Position numbers and translations under genes: made by a program. The notes under the pieces are model-generated. The model ran no database searches and was not told the origin of the DNA. It saw only the letters and a program-made list of their open reading frames with translations. Below, piece after piece: positions 1 through 9,726 of a stretch of 64,000 bases of DNA. The first letter of the stretch is position 1; each line of letters begins with the position of its first letter. Source of the DNA: an uncultured Gemmatimonadales bacterium (GTDB taxonomy: Bacteria > Gemmatimonadota > Gemmatimonadetes > Gemmatimonadales > Gemmatimonadaceae); contig OY969695.1 of assembly GCA_963701965.1 (NCBI GenBank), positions 3,232,001 through 3,296,000 of the forward strand. The letters are read 5' to 3'.

Positions 1-2
1 GG

Positions 3-248
3 TGCGCGTCACTCGTTCGGCAGTTCGAGTTCGCGATGAACGTGTGGGCGAATGATCCCGCATTCAAAGATCTCGGGAACGAACGAGACCCCATCATCGG
101 CACCCAAGACGGCACGTTCGACATGACGATTCCGAGACGGCCGATTCGGAAACAGATCAAGGGCCTGCCCGCATTCACCACGATCAAAGGCGGGGCCTAC
201 TTCTTTTTGCCGGGCATCCGGGCGCTACGGTTTCTGGCGGGCCGGTAG
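3..248 (+). CDS. Dyp-type peroxidase, C-terminal part (5' end outside window)
   Basis: Open frame from base 3 reads CASLVRQFEFAMNVWAND...ERDPIIG...FTTIKGGAYFFLPGIRALRFL. The RQFEF, DPIIG and GGxYFFLPxxxAL motifs are typical of Dyp C-termini. Confidence 0.85.
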   Translation, partial: CASLVRQFEFAMNVWANDPAFKDLGNERDPIIGTQDGTFDMTIPRRPIRKQIKGLPAFTTIKGGAYFFLPGIRALRFLAGR

Positions 249-258
249 GGTTTCTCCC

Positions 259-1275
259 ATGACACCGCTCAAGAATCATCCGCGGACGTACAATCAGGTG
301 CAGATCCCCCGCAAGTACACGCCGGGAAAGCCGCGTTTCAGCGTGTATTGGACGTGGAGTTACCCCTGGGAGGCCAATCGTGACGTCACCGAGTTGGACA
401 ATCGGTTCTCCACGATGACCGAGGTGCGACGCGTGGGTTGGCCGGCGTATGAGTCGGAGGCGTTTTCCGAAGCGAATTTCCTGCAAGGCATCGCCGGAAC
501 GCTCGAGCTTTTTCATCTCTCGCTCCTCCGATTCCAGGAAATGGTCGGTGAGATCACCGGCCACCCGGTGGCGGTGTACCAGCGTATCGATCAGGCGGGC
601 CAGAGACTGCATCTCGACCAGGGCGTGCTCGACGACACGGACACCCTCATGGTCTTCGGGCTCGATCATGTCTTGACGGAACAGGAGGCCACGCCCGAGG
701 AGATCGAGGCGGTGCGGCAGTTCGTGTCGCGCGAAGGAACGACGTTGATCTTAGGACCGCATCACGACGTCGGCGCGTCGATGGATTTCAAGGAGCGTGA
801 CCTGGAATACGACCACCACGGCGATCCGCTGGTGCCGCGCCAGCAGCGCTTCGGCCGGTACACGCGCTCGCTCATGAAAGGGTTGGGCGTGCCGGTGGAA
901 AACCGCTACGGCCTTCGACCGGCCACGCTGAAGGGGACGGATCGTCTGCAGCCGCTCGTCACCGCCAATGACCTGGACCCTCACGGCTGGCTCGAGGGCG
1001 TGACCACCTTCAACTTCCACCCGCATCTGCCGCACTACGCGGTCACGACGGATGTACAAGGCGCCATCCATGTCTTGGCCCGGCAGCCGGTCGATCTGTC
1101 ACACCCGCATCCGTTCACGGAGGCCGGTAACCGCGAGTTCAACATGTTCCTCTGGATGCCGCCGGCGGGAGCACGGGGCGGCGACATCTTGCTCGCGGAC
1201 TCCACGATTTTCACGACGTTGTTCGGCGCCGACGAGAGTCTCCAGCGTTTCTGGAAGAATCTTGCGACGCGATGA
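259..1275 (+). CDS. Conserved hypothetical protein next to Dyp peroxidase (possible class I GATase/ThuA-like fold)
   Basis: 338-aa ORF with GC3-rich codons, 10 nt after the Dyp stop. Segment DTLMVFGLDH...EIEAVRQFV...LILGPHHDVG resembles a flavodoxin-like GATase fold. His-rich. Confidence 0.8.
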   Translation: MTPLKNHPRTYNQVQIPRKYTPGKPRFSVYWTWSYPWEANRDVTELDNRFSTMTEVRRVGWPAYESEAFSEANFLQGIAGTLELFHLSLLRFQEMVGEITGHPVAVYQRIDQAGQRLHLDQGVLDDTDTLMVFGLDHVLTEQEATPEEIEAVRQFVSREGTTLILGPHHDVGASMDFKERDLEYDHHGDPLVPRQQRFGRYTRSLMKGLGVPVENRYGLRPATLKGTDRLQPLVTANDLDPHGWLEGVTTFNFHPHLPHYAVTTDVQGAIHVLARQPVDLSHPHPFTEAGNREFNMFLWMPPAGARGGDILLADSTIFTTLFGADESLQRFWKNLATR

Positions 1276-2213
1276 GGGGGCGGAAGCCGCTATCGCGAGC
1301 GCGCGTCCTTCACCTGGTCGCCGTCTGCCTCTTCGCTGCCAGCTCCGTGGCCGAAGCGCAAGTCCGGGGCGTGTACCCCCTCGGATTGAGTGCGATCAAT
1401 TCGGGAGTGACACCGGAGCCAGGCTTGAGCTACTCGAATGCCCTGTTGTTCTACTCGCGTGACGAGCTGAGAGGCGCGAACGGCGCGGTCGAGGCCACTG
1501 GGCAGCAGGCGGTCCTCATGGACCTCAACAGCCTGGTGTGGGTGTTCAAGAATAGAATCCCGGCCTTGGGCGGCGCGATATTCTCCTTCTCCGCCACCCT
1601 CCCCATAGCGACCAACTCGCTCACATCCACTGGGGACGGCCCGGTGAGCGGCGGCGGTGGCTTCGCGGACTCGTTCTATCAACCGCTGATTCTCGCGTGG
1701 CGAACGCCGCGCGCCGACATTCGCCTGGTGTATGGGTTCCTGGCGCCGACGGGGCGATTCAGTGCGACGTCGAGCAACAACGTCGGATCGGGCTATTGGA
1801 CGTCCGTCGTGTCGTCAGGCCAGACGTGGTATCTCACGCAGGACAAAGCGACCACGATATCGATGTTCGAGATGTATGAGCTTCCCGGCGGGCAGTCCGG
1901 CACGGACATTCATCCCGGCGACACGTTCGACCTCGACTACTCGGTCCTGCACTCGCTCCGTTTGTCCGAAGACATCCGGGTGCAGCTTGGCATCGTTGGC
2001 TACGGGCAGTGGCAGACGACCGCGCGGACCGGGCCGACGATAACCCCCGCCCAAACCGCCGCGCGCTACCGCGTCAATGCGCTGGGGCTCGCCGCGAGCG
2101 TGATCCTCCCGGCGCGGAACGTCAGCGTGGGGCTCAAGTATTTCCATGAGTTCGACAACCGATCGACGTTTCAAGGGCAATCACTCCAGATCACCGAGGC
2201 GATCACGTTCTAG
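1272..2213 (+). CDS. SphA/MetA-pathway family outer-membrane beta-barrel channel
   Basis: Signal peptide, YPLG..I.SG..PEPG N-terminus, APTG.F...NNVGSGYW motif, amphipathic strands and terminal Phe. ATGA overlap with the upstream gene. Confidence 0.85.
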   Translation: MRGRKPLSRARVLHLVAVCLFAASSVAEAQVRGVYPLGLSAINSGVTPEPGLSYSNALLFYSRDELRGANGAVEATGQQAVLMDLNSLVWVFKNRIPALGGAIFSFSATLPIATNSLTSTGDGPVSGGGGFADSFYQPLILAWRTPRADIRLVYGFLAPTGRFSATSSNNVGSGYWTSVVSSGQTWYLTQDKATTISMFEMYELPGGQSGTDIHPGDTFDLDYSVLHSLRLSEDIRVQLGIVGYGQWQTTARTGPTITPAQTAARYRVNALGLAASVILPARNVSVGLKYFHEFDNRSTFQGQSLQITEAITF

Positions 2214-2264
2214 CGTTGTCGATCCAAAGAATCGTGTTGACAGCGTCGACGTTTCGCCGTACAC

Positions 2265-2858
2265 ATGCCGGAAGTGACGGCCTCGTTACCGCACGTCGAC
2301 ACCCACTCGAGCGCACGCGCCGAGGACGAGGCGCTGTTGGCGCGCGTCCGTGTCGGCGATCACGTGGCGTTCGAGCAACTGTTTCGCCGGTACGCCGAAC
2401 CGTTGTATGAGTGCGCGTACGGGTACGTCGGGTCGCGCGACGCGGCGCAGGAGATTGTTCAACAGTTGTTCGTGACCCTTTGGGAGCGTCGGAGGGTCTG
2501 GGAAGTATCGGGCTCGGTGGCCACCTATCTCTATCGCGCCACGCGCAATGGATCGCTGAACGCGCTGCGCGATGGGCGCCGGCGCTTGGAGTTCCGCGCG
2601 TCTGTGCTAGACGCGGCGGACGCGGTGGCACCCCGGATCGAACAAGACCTCGCGGCACTGGAGCTGGCGCAGGCCGTGGGAAAGGTCGTCGCCCGTTTGC
2701 CCGAACGCTGCCGCGAAGTGTTTCGGCTGAATCGCTACCATCATCTCACCTACGCGGAAGTCGCGCAGGTGCTCGGTCTCTCGGTCAAGACGGTCGAGAT
2801 ACACATGGCGCGCGCGCTCAAAGAGCTGCGGTTGCGCCTCGGCGGGTGGAGCACGTGA
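2265..2858 (+). CDS. ECF RNA polymerase sigma-70 factor (FecI-like)
   Basis: Region 2 (AFEQLFRRY...AQEIVQQLFVTLW...YLYRATRN) and region 4 (LPERCREVFRL...TYAEVAQVLGLSVKTVEIHMARAL). Real start may be the GTG at 2274. Confidence 0.93.
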   Translation: MPEVTASLPHVDTHSSARAEDEALLARVRVGDHVAFEQLFRRYAEPLYECAYGYVGSRDAAQEIVQQLFVTLWERRRVWEVSGSVATYLYRATRNGSLNALRDGRRRLEFRASVLDAADAVAPRIEQDLAALELAQAVGKVVARLPERCREVFRLNRYHHLTYAEVAQVLGLSVKTVEIHMARALKELRLRLGGWST

Positions 2859-2899
2859 TCGACTAGGGGTCGGAGGGGGCGTCGGGTGTTAGGGGGGCA

Positions 2900-3910
2900 A
2901 TGACCCCTGACGACATCGACGACGCGCTGCTGGCGCGTTACCTGGCCCATGAGTGCACGCCGGCCGAGGCGGCGCTCATCCGCCAATGGATCGCGGGGGA
3001 CCCCGAGCGCGAGCACATGGTCGAGCGCGTGCGGGCGGCGTTCGAGAGTCCGGCACACGCGCCCAGGCGGCCGGACGTCGACGCCATGTGGGTCCAGGTG
3101 CGCGAGCGCGCGGCGCGCGCCGCGATGGCGCAGGTCACCGTCCCGCGGCTCGCGCGTACCGTGCGACCGTGGCGCCTGCCGATTGGATTAGTCGCGGCCG
3201 GAGTGACCACCGTCGCGGCCGTGATGGCCAACCGGTTCATCAATCAGTGGTCGGCCAAACACAGCGCGGTGCGCGAGGTCGCCACGGCCACCGGCCAACG
3301 CGCCACAGTCGATCTCGCCGATGGGAGCCGCGTCATCCTCGGCGTACGCAGTCGACTCCGGATGCCGGAGCGATTCGGTGACGGCCCGCGCGATGTGACA
3401 CTCGACGGCGAGGCGTACTTCGAGGTGCGGCACGACGTCGCGCACCCCTTCCGCGTCCACGCCAATGGCGGTGTGGCCGAAGATCTGGGCACCCGATTCG
3501 TGGTGCGCGCGTACGCCGGCGAGCCCGTGAAGGTCGTAGTGGCGCAGGGGCGCGTGTCCGTGACCCGAGGCGGCCCAGCGGTCGCCCTCGGCGCCGGCCA
3601 GCTGGCCAGTCTCGATGCCCAAGGCACCGCGTGGGTCCGGCCCGTGGACACCGCCGCTTATCTCGCGTTCACCGACGGACGCCTCGTCTTCGATGGGACG
3701 CCATTGAGCGAGGTCGTGGCCGAATTGGGCCGCTGGTACGATCTCGACATTCATCTCGCCGCGCCGGAGTTGGCCGGTCGACACATCTCCGCTTCCTTCG
3801 CCGGCCTGGCCGCCGACGATGTGTTCGGCGCGGTCGCTGCCGCCGCCGAACTGCGCTACACCCGCCAGGGTCGCACCGTCACGTTTTCTCGCGCCAGAGG
3901 TAACCCGTGA
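2900..3910 (+). CDS. fecR: FecR-family anti-sigma / transmembrane sensor
   Basis: N-terminal LLARYL...W anti-sigma helix, a TM segment, T.TGQR..V.LADGSRV.L, L.GEAYFEV, DLGTRF, and a C-terminal LVFD.TPL.EV..EL.RWY domain. Confidence 0.93.
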   Translation: MTPDDIDDALLARYLAHECTPAEAALIRQWIAGDPEREHMVERVRAAFESPAHAPRRPDVDAMWVQVRERAARAAMAQVTVPRLARTVRPWRLPIGLVAAGVTTVAAVMANRFINQWSAKHSAVREVATATGQRATVDLADGSRVILGVRSRLRMPERFGDGPRDVTLDGEAYFEVRHDVAHPFRVHANGGVAEDLGTRFVVRAYAGEPVKVVVAQGRVSVTRGGPAVALGAGQLASLDAQGTAWVRPVDTAAYLAFTDGRLVFDGTPLSEVVAELGRWYDLDIHLAAPELAGRHISASFAGLAADDVFGAVAAAAELRYTRQGRTVTFSRARGNP

Positions 3911-6900
3911 GAGTCCCGCTCCTGCTCGCCTTCCTGAGGGCGACCGCTCTGCTCCCGCAACAGCCCGCGCCGTTTCTCGCCAGCGACCGCGGACCAGCGT
4001 TCTTCATGGTTCGGACCCCGGGCGGCAAACGAGAGGAGGCCAACGGTGCGGCCGCGTTTCGCCGGCGACTCTCCCTGAATCTCCAGGACGTGTCGATCGC
4101 CGATGCCCTGACGGCGATCTCCGAGCAGACCGGCATCCGGTTCGTCTACATGCGCGAGGAAGTGCCGGTCGACCGGCACGTGTCCCTCGCCGCGCAGGAC
4201 ATTGCGTTGGCCGCGGCGCTCACCGAGGTGCTCTTCGACACGGGTGTCGACGTCGAGCTCCTGAGCGGGGGGCAGATCGCGCTGGTCAAACATCAGATCG
4301 TGCCGGCCAAGAAAGCCGACGCCGTCCGGCGGATCACCGGACGCGTGATCGACGCCGAGACCAAGGTCCCGCTGCCAGGAGCCGCGGTGACCGTGCCGGG
4401 AACCACGGTCGGGGCCACCACGTCGGACAGCGGGACGTTCGCGTTAGTCCTGCCGGACAATGCCAACACCCTGTCGGTGCGGCGCATCGGGTACCGGCAG
4501 ATGAGCCTCACGCTGACCGCGGACCAGACGGACATCACGGTCGAGCTGACCAAGGACCCGCTCAAGCTGGAGACCCAAGTCGTGACCGGCGTCGCGACGA
4601 CGATCTCCTCGCGCAACGCCGCCAATGCCGTCGCCGTGGTGAATGCCGATCAGATCACATCGGTCCCGTCGCCGACGCTGGAGAACGCCCTCCAGGCGAA
4701 GATCCCCGGCGCGACAATCGAGCAGAACAACGGCGGCGCTCCCGGTGGTGGCCTGCAGATTCAGATTCGGGGCATCACGTCGATCGAAGCCGCCGCGTCG
4801 CCGCTCTACGTCATCGACGGCGTCATCGTCAACAACGAGACCACGAACTCCGGTCTCAACGCCATCACCCAGGCGGCGCTCGGAACGCCGGGCTACACCT
4901 CGACATTGCAGTTCTTCCAGGACAATAGCCCCAATCGCCTCGCCGACATCAACCCCAACGACATCGAGTCGATCGAAGTGCTCAAAGGCTCATCGGCGTC
5001 GGCGATCTACGGCTCCAAGGCGGCGTCGGGCGTGGTGGTCATTACGACGAAGAAAGGTTCCTCGGGGAAGACGCAATGGAGCGTGACGCAGCGCTTCGGC
5101 ACGTTCACGCTGGCCAACGATCTGCCGCTCCGCACCTTCCCGACGCTGGGGAGCGCGCAATCGTGGTATCTCAATGACGTCAAGTCCGGCGATATCGCCA
5201 CCCCCGCGGCCGGCGGAGACAGCGCCTTCATCAAGTCGGTCTATGGCGGACCGCAGGACTACCAGAACCAGCTCTTCGGTGGCGGGGAGCTGTCGTACGA
5301 GACGGACGTGAGTGCCCGCGGTGCGAGCGAGAGTGGCAAGACGACGTACTTCCTGTCCGGACTCACCAAGTACGACAACGGTATTCTGCTCAACAGCGGC
5401 TACAACAAGCAGTCGATCCGGACGAACATCTCCCAGACGGTTTTCTCGAACGTGACGATCTCCGCCAACCTGTTCTACGCGAACTCGGTGACGCGTCGCG
5501 GGGTGTCCGGGAACGACAACACCGGGATCTCGCCGTACGACGTGCTGTCGTACACGCCGCAATTCATCAATCTGAACAACCGGAGCGCCACGGGCGCCTG
5601 GGCCCAGAATGTCTTCGGGCCGGCCAATCCGTTCGCGGACGCGCTCGAGATCGAGACGCCGGAAACCGTGCACCGGTTCGTTGGTGGCGGCACGATCAAC
5701 TGGATCGTCTTCCACACGGCGAACCAGAATCTGCAACTCTCGGCCATCGGGGGTGCGGACTACGCCGACGAGCGGGCCCAGCTCTATGCGCCGCCCGATC
5801 TCCAGATCGAGCAGAGCCTGCCCAGTGGGTTGCCCGGGGTCGCGACGACGAACGAGGCGAACACCCAGTACATCAACTACTCGGTGAGCCTCATCCACCA
5901 CTACGCGGCATCGTTCGCGGATGCGACGACGTCGATCGGCATCGCCGACGACCAGCGGTCGTTTTACAACCCGAACATTGTAGGGCTCAATCTCGTCCCG
6001 GGGCAGAACAGTTTCACCGCGGCCTCGGTCCAGAATGGGTATTACACGCAGTCGGGTCTGCGGGACTTCTCGTTCTATGGCCAGGAGCAGGTACTGCTCC
6101 TGGCGCAGCGTCTGGCCGTCACGGGAGGCGTAACGGCCCAACGCAGCTCGAACAATGGTGACGCGTCGAAGTACTATGTCTACCCCAAGCTGTCGGCCTC
6201 GCTTCGCATCCCCGGCCTGCCGAAGTTCCTCGATGATCTCAAGCTGCGCGCGGCCTACGGACAGTCTGGTACCGAGCCGACATACGGGGTCAAGTTCAGC
6301 GGCCTCCAGCAACAGATCGTCGGCACCGCCAGCGGCACGTACACGACGGCGACGCTCGGCGACCCGAATGTCACTCCGGAGGCCAATACCGAGATCGAGG
6401 CCGGCCTCGACGCCACCATGTTCGCGTCCCGCGCGCAGTTCACGGCCACGGTCTATCAGAAACGCATCACGAACGTGCTGCTCGATGTGGCCGTGAATCC
6501 GTCGTTCGGCGCCGCGAATCAGTGGCTCAATGGCGGGCAGTTCACCAACCGCGGCATCGAGCTCTCCTTGGCGATGACGCCCGTCGAGATGCGACGCGGT
6601 CTCACCTGGACGTCGACGACGACGTTCTACCGCAATTACAGCGTCGTCGACAATCTGAGCGTGCCGGGGTTCTTTATCGGTGCCGGCGGTGGACCGTTCG
6701 GCGCGTTCCTCATTCAACCGGGTCGTTCGGTCTCCGAAGTGGTGAATACGGGAACCTTGGGCGCCGATGGCGTGCCAGTGCAGGTCGGCAATGTGCAGCC
6801 GGCGTTCCAGATGGGGTTCAGCAACGATTTCTCGTTCGATCGGTTCCACCTGCACACCGTGCTGGATTGGAAGGACGGTGGCACCGGCCAGAACGCCAAT

Positions 6901-7257
6901 AATCTGTACTTCGACAACGGTCTCTTCCTGCTCGGCGACTCGTCGGCGTCCGCCAAGCGGCTGGCGCAGCGCGCCGCCGGTCTCACGCCGTACGTCGAGG
7001 ACGCGGGCTACATCAAGCTTCGCGAAGTCACGCTCGCCTACGACCTGCCGGCGTCGATCATCCGGGTCGTCTCGCGCGGCTATCTGTCGACCGCCCGGCT
7101 CTCGGTCTCCGGACGGAATCTGTGGGCGAGCTTCAAGTACACGGGGCCAGACCCGGAGGTCAGCGGCAACGGGAATTCCGACGTCACCCGGGGCAACGAC
7201 GTCACGCAATACCCGCCCGCCCGCAGCTACTTCATCTCCCTCGACCTGGGATTCTGA
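3907..7257 (+). CDS. susC: SusC/RagA-type TonB-dependent transporter with N-terminal STN signalling domain
   Basis: STN-like LSLNLQDVSIADAL..ISEQTGIRF, CarboxypepD_reg domain, plug (IQIRG, PLYVIDG, DINPNDIESIEVLKG..ASAIYG..AA.GVVVITTK), KLRAAYG, and C-terminal YP..RSY....LGF. Confidence 0.95.
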   Translation: MRVPLLLAFLRATALLPQQPAPFLASDRGPAFFMVRTPGGKREEANGAAAFRRRLSLNLQDVSIADALTAISEQTGIRFVYMREEVPVDRHVSLAAQDIALAAALTEVLFDTGVDVELLSGGQIALVKHQIVPAKKADAVRRITGRVIDAETKVPLPGAAVTVPGTTVGATTSDSGTFALVLPDNANTLSVRRIGYRQMSLTLTADQTDITVELTKDPLKLETQVVTGVATTISSRNAANAVAVVNADQITSVPSPTLENALQAKIPGATIEQNNGGAPGGGLQIQIRGITSIEAAASPLYVIDGVIVNNETTNSGLNAITQAALGTPGYTSTLQFFQDNSPNRLADINPNDIESIEVLKGSSASAIYGSKAASGVVVITTKKGSSGKTQWSVTQRFGTFTLANDLPLRTFPTLGSAQSWYLNDVKSGDIATPAAGGDSAFIKSVYGGPQDYQNQLFGGGELSYETDVSARGASESGKTTYFLSGLTKYDNGILLNSGYNKQSIRTNISQTVFSNVTISANLFYANSVTRRGVSGNDNTGISPYDVLSYTPQFINLNNRSATGAWAQNVFGPANPFADALEIETPETVHRFVGGGTINWIVFHTANQNLQLSAIGGADYADERAQLYAPPDLQIEQSLPSGLPGVATTNEANTQYINYSVSLIHHYAASFADATTSIGIADDQRSFYNPNIVGLNLVPGQNSFTAASVQNGYYTQSGLRDFSFYGQEQVLLLAQRLAVTGGVTAQRSSNNGDASKYYVYPKLSASLRIPGLPKFLDDLKLRAAYGQSGTEPTYGVKFSGLQQQIVGTASGTYTTATLGDPNVTPEANTEIEAGLDATMFASRAQFTATVYQKRITNVLLDVAVNPSFGAANQWLNGGQFTNRGIELSLAMTPVEMRRGLTWTSTTTFYRNYSVVDNLSVPGFFIGAGGGPFGAFLIQPGRSVSEVVNTGTLGADGVPVQVGNVQPAFQMGFSNDFSFDRFHLHTVLDWKDGGTGQNANNLYFDNGLFLLGDSSASAKRLAQRAAGLTPYVEDAGYIKLREVTLAYDLPASIIRVVSRGYLSTARLSVSGRNLWASFKYTGPDPEVSGNGNSDVTRGNDVTQYPPARSYFISLDLGF

Positions 7258-7259
7258 CC

Positions 7260-8741
7260 ATGGCCTCCCCACTGCGCGCCCGCACGCTCGGCCTGGCCGG
7301 CATTCTCCTCGCTGTTGGCTGCGGCGAGCCTACCGTGCCGAACTACGCCTCGCCCAATCCGGCCGTCACCACGCGGACCGGGCTCCAGACGCTGGTCACG
7401 GGACTCTTCGGCGGCACCCGGAATGATCTGGTGTGGATCATGACGGAGTTCGCGTCGTTCGGGCGCGACGGCGCGAACTTTACCAACACCGATCCGCGAT
7501 TCATCACCGAGTTCCTGGGCGATGGTACCCCGATCGGTAACTCGGACTTCGGTGTCTTTGGTTGGAACAATCAATTCCAGATGATGCGCACGGCCGACAG
7601 CGTCCTGCAGGCGCTGCCTGGTGTCACATCGCCAACCGCGTACTCGGCAAACGAGCGTGCGCAGATCACCGGCGTGACCCAGACGATCAAAGCGCTGAAC
7701 ATCATGTATCTCGCCGAGCAGCGCGATACGTCCGGGGTGCCGATCGGCGGTGACGTACTCAATGATCTGGGAAAGGCCGCACCCATTCTGTGTAACAAAG
7801 ATGTCTGGGCGGCCATCGTCGCACTGCTCGACTCGGCGAACACCCAGCTCAATGTCGACCAAACCGATCCGCTGCCGATCGCGCTGCCGGCGGGGTTCGC
7901 CGCCGTGTCGACTTCCGCGGGGCCGAGCACCAAAGCCGGCTCGTTCGCGTCGCTCAACCGGGCGTTGGCGGGAAAGGCGAATCTGGAGCTGGCCTATGCG
8001 ATCGCGCGCTCGACTGCCGGCGCCGCGCCGACCGCGACATCGGCCGGCACACCCGATCACACGGCACTGGAACGCGCCGACAGCGCCCTCAGCGCGTCGG
8101 CGCTCTATCAGCCCGGGCAGCTCACGGCTCCGGTACCCGGTCCGTTCAGTGATCCCATCGCCGTCTATCACTCGTTCAGTGGGACGTCGGGCGATCAGGT
8201 CAACCCGATCAGCGGCGAGATCGGCACGTTCCGCATCATGAACGAGTTCGTGGCGTCCGTCGACACGGCGCATGACGCCCGTTGGAAAGCCAAGTTCATC
8301 GCCAATGCGGCGGCGCCCCAGCAGCAAGCATATTCCGGAGTGTCGGCCCCGTTCATCGTGGACTTCTACCCAAGCGTCAGCAGCCCGGTCCCCATCGTGC
8401 GGAACGAAGAGTTGGTCCTGGTGCGCGCGCAGGTTCGCCTCGGCCTTGCCGATTTCACCGGCGCATGGAATCTGATCAACATGGTGCGCACAGTGGTGGG
8501 ACAACTGCCGGCGGCAACGACGACCACGGACTATGTCTCGACGCGCGATGCGCTGATGCGCGAGCAACGTATCTCGACGGTATTGGAGAGCAGCGGCGAT
8601 CGGGCGATCGCGATCCGCATGTATGGTCTGGCCGCGGCGGTCGATACGACGTGGGGGAGCACCGATACGCACGCGACGCTCATGCCGGTCCCGGTGGCCG
8701 AGCTGGCTGGACGGACGTCTGCGACACCGTCCTGCCAGTGA
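7260..8741 (+). CDS. susD: SusD/RagB-like outer-membrane lipoprotein
   Basis: ATG 2 nt after the susC stop. Lipobox LAVGC. RNEELVLVRAQ and REQRISTVLESSGDR resemble SusD C-terminal motifs. Confidence 0.85.
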   Translation: MASPLRARTLGLAGILLAVGCGEPTVPNYASPNPAVTTRTGLQTLVTGLFGGTRNDLVWIMTEFASFGRDGANFTNTDPRFITEFLGDGTPIGNSDFGVFGWNNQFQMMRTADSVLQALPGVTSPTAYSANERAQITGVTQTIKALNIMYLAEQRDTSGVPIGGDVLNDLGKAAPILCNKDVWAAIVALLDSANTQLNVDQTDPLPIALPAGFAAVSTSAGPSTKAGSFASLNRALAGKANLELAYAIARSTAGAAPTATSAGTPDHTALERADSALSASALYQPGQLTAPVPGPFSDPIAVYHSFSGTSGDQVNPISGEIGTFRIMNEFVASVDTAHDARWKAKFIANAAAPQQQAYSGVSAPFIVDFYPSVSSPVPIVRNEELVLVRAQVRLGLADFTGAWNLINMVRTVVGQLPAATTTTDYVSTRDALMREQRISTVLESSGDRAIAIRMYGLAAAVDTTWGSTDTHATLMPVPVAELAGRTSATPSCQ

Positions 8742-9719
8742 AGCGCCTCCTGGCGCTGCTCGCCCTCGTCGGTTGCTCGGGGCCGCGCCCGACCGCGTGG
8801 CACGATGCCTCGCCGCACACGCAGCGATTCGTCACCGTGCCCGGCGGCGTTCGGCTCGAGGTGTTGGACTGGGGTGGCAGCGGGCCTCCCTTGGTGTTCC
8901 TCGCGGGACTCGAGAACACCGCCCACGTGTTCGACGATTTCGCGCCACGGTTCACGAAGGACTTTCATGTCTATGGGATCACGCGCCGTGGGTGGGGTGC
9001 GTCCAGCCGCCCGCCCAAGGGCGGCGGCAACTACACGATCCCACTTCTAGTGCAGGATGTCCATGCCGCGCTGGACAGCCTGCACTTGGACACCGTGACT
9101 CTCGTCGGACATTCGATCGCGGGCCAGGAATTGTCGTGGCTGGCGGCGACGTATCCCGACCGCGTCAAGCACTTGGTGTATCTCGACGCCGGGTTCGACT
9201 ATCACGCGCACCCGGTACCGTCGCCACTGCCGGACCAGCCGCCGCCCACGGCGGCGGACTCGGCGTCGGCGACGGCAGGACTCGCGTTTTTTCGGCGGAT
9301 GAACGGCGCGCCGCTGCCCGAGGGCGATTACCGCGCAACGGAGAGTCTCAGTGTCGTGGGTCGGGATCTCGGCCCCGCGACGTCCGGGATCATCTCCGGT
9401 GAAGTGATCGGCTCGGCGGCGGGTTTGGCACCGCCGCTCGATCGCGTGCGCGGGCCCGTGCTCGCGATCTACGACCGGCCGACGTCGGTCACCGAGTTCA
9501 TTCCGTGGCTCACGGCGGCCGATTCGGCGGCGCCCCGGATCGAGCATTCTGGTCGTGGAATGGCGCGATGCGCAGCAGACGGAGTTCGCCTCCCAGGTGC
9601 CGCAGGCGCGCATCGTGGCACTCCCGGGCGTCTCGCACTACGTCTTCGTGGTCGCGCCGGACACGGTGTATCACATCATGCACGATTTCTTGGCGACGGA
9701 TCGGCGCGCCTCGCGCTAG
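8738..9719 (+). pseudogene. Alpha/beta hydrolase lipoprotein, frameshifted near 9535-9545 (possibly a sequencing error)
   Basis: GTG start overlaps the susD stop. Lipobox LVGC, LEVLDWGG.G.PLVFLAG, nucleophile elbow GHSIAG. The C-terminus with the catalytic His (…ARIVALPGVSHYVF…HDFL*) is in the +1 frame and ends at TAG 9717-9719. Confidence 0.85.
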
Positions 9720-9726
9720 CCGGGAA

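Noticed and set aside
4990..7272. 760-aa minus-strand ORF, and similar long antisense ORFs (7227..8672, 34023..36263, 38529..40418, 26266..27639)
   Set aside because: Shadow frames opposite well-supported genes, expected at high GC. No family motifs.
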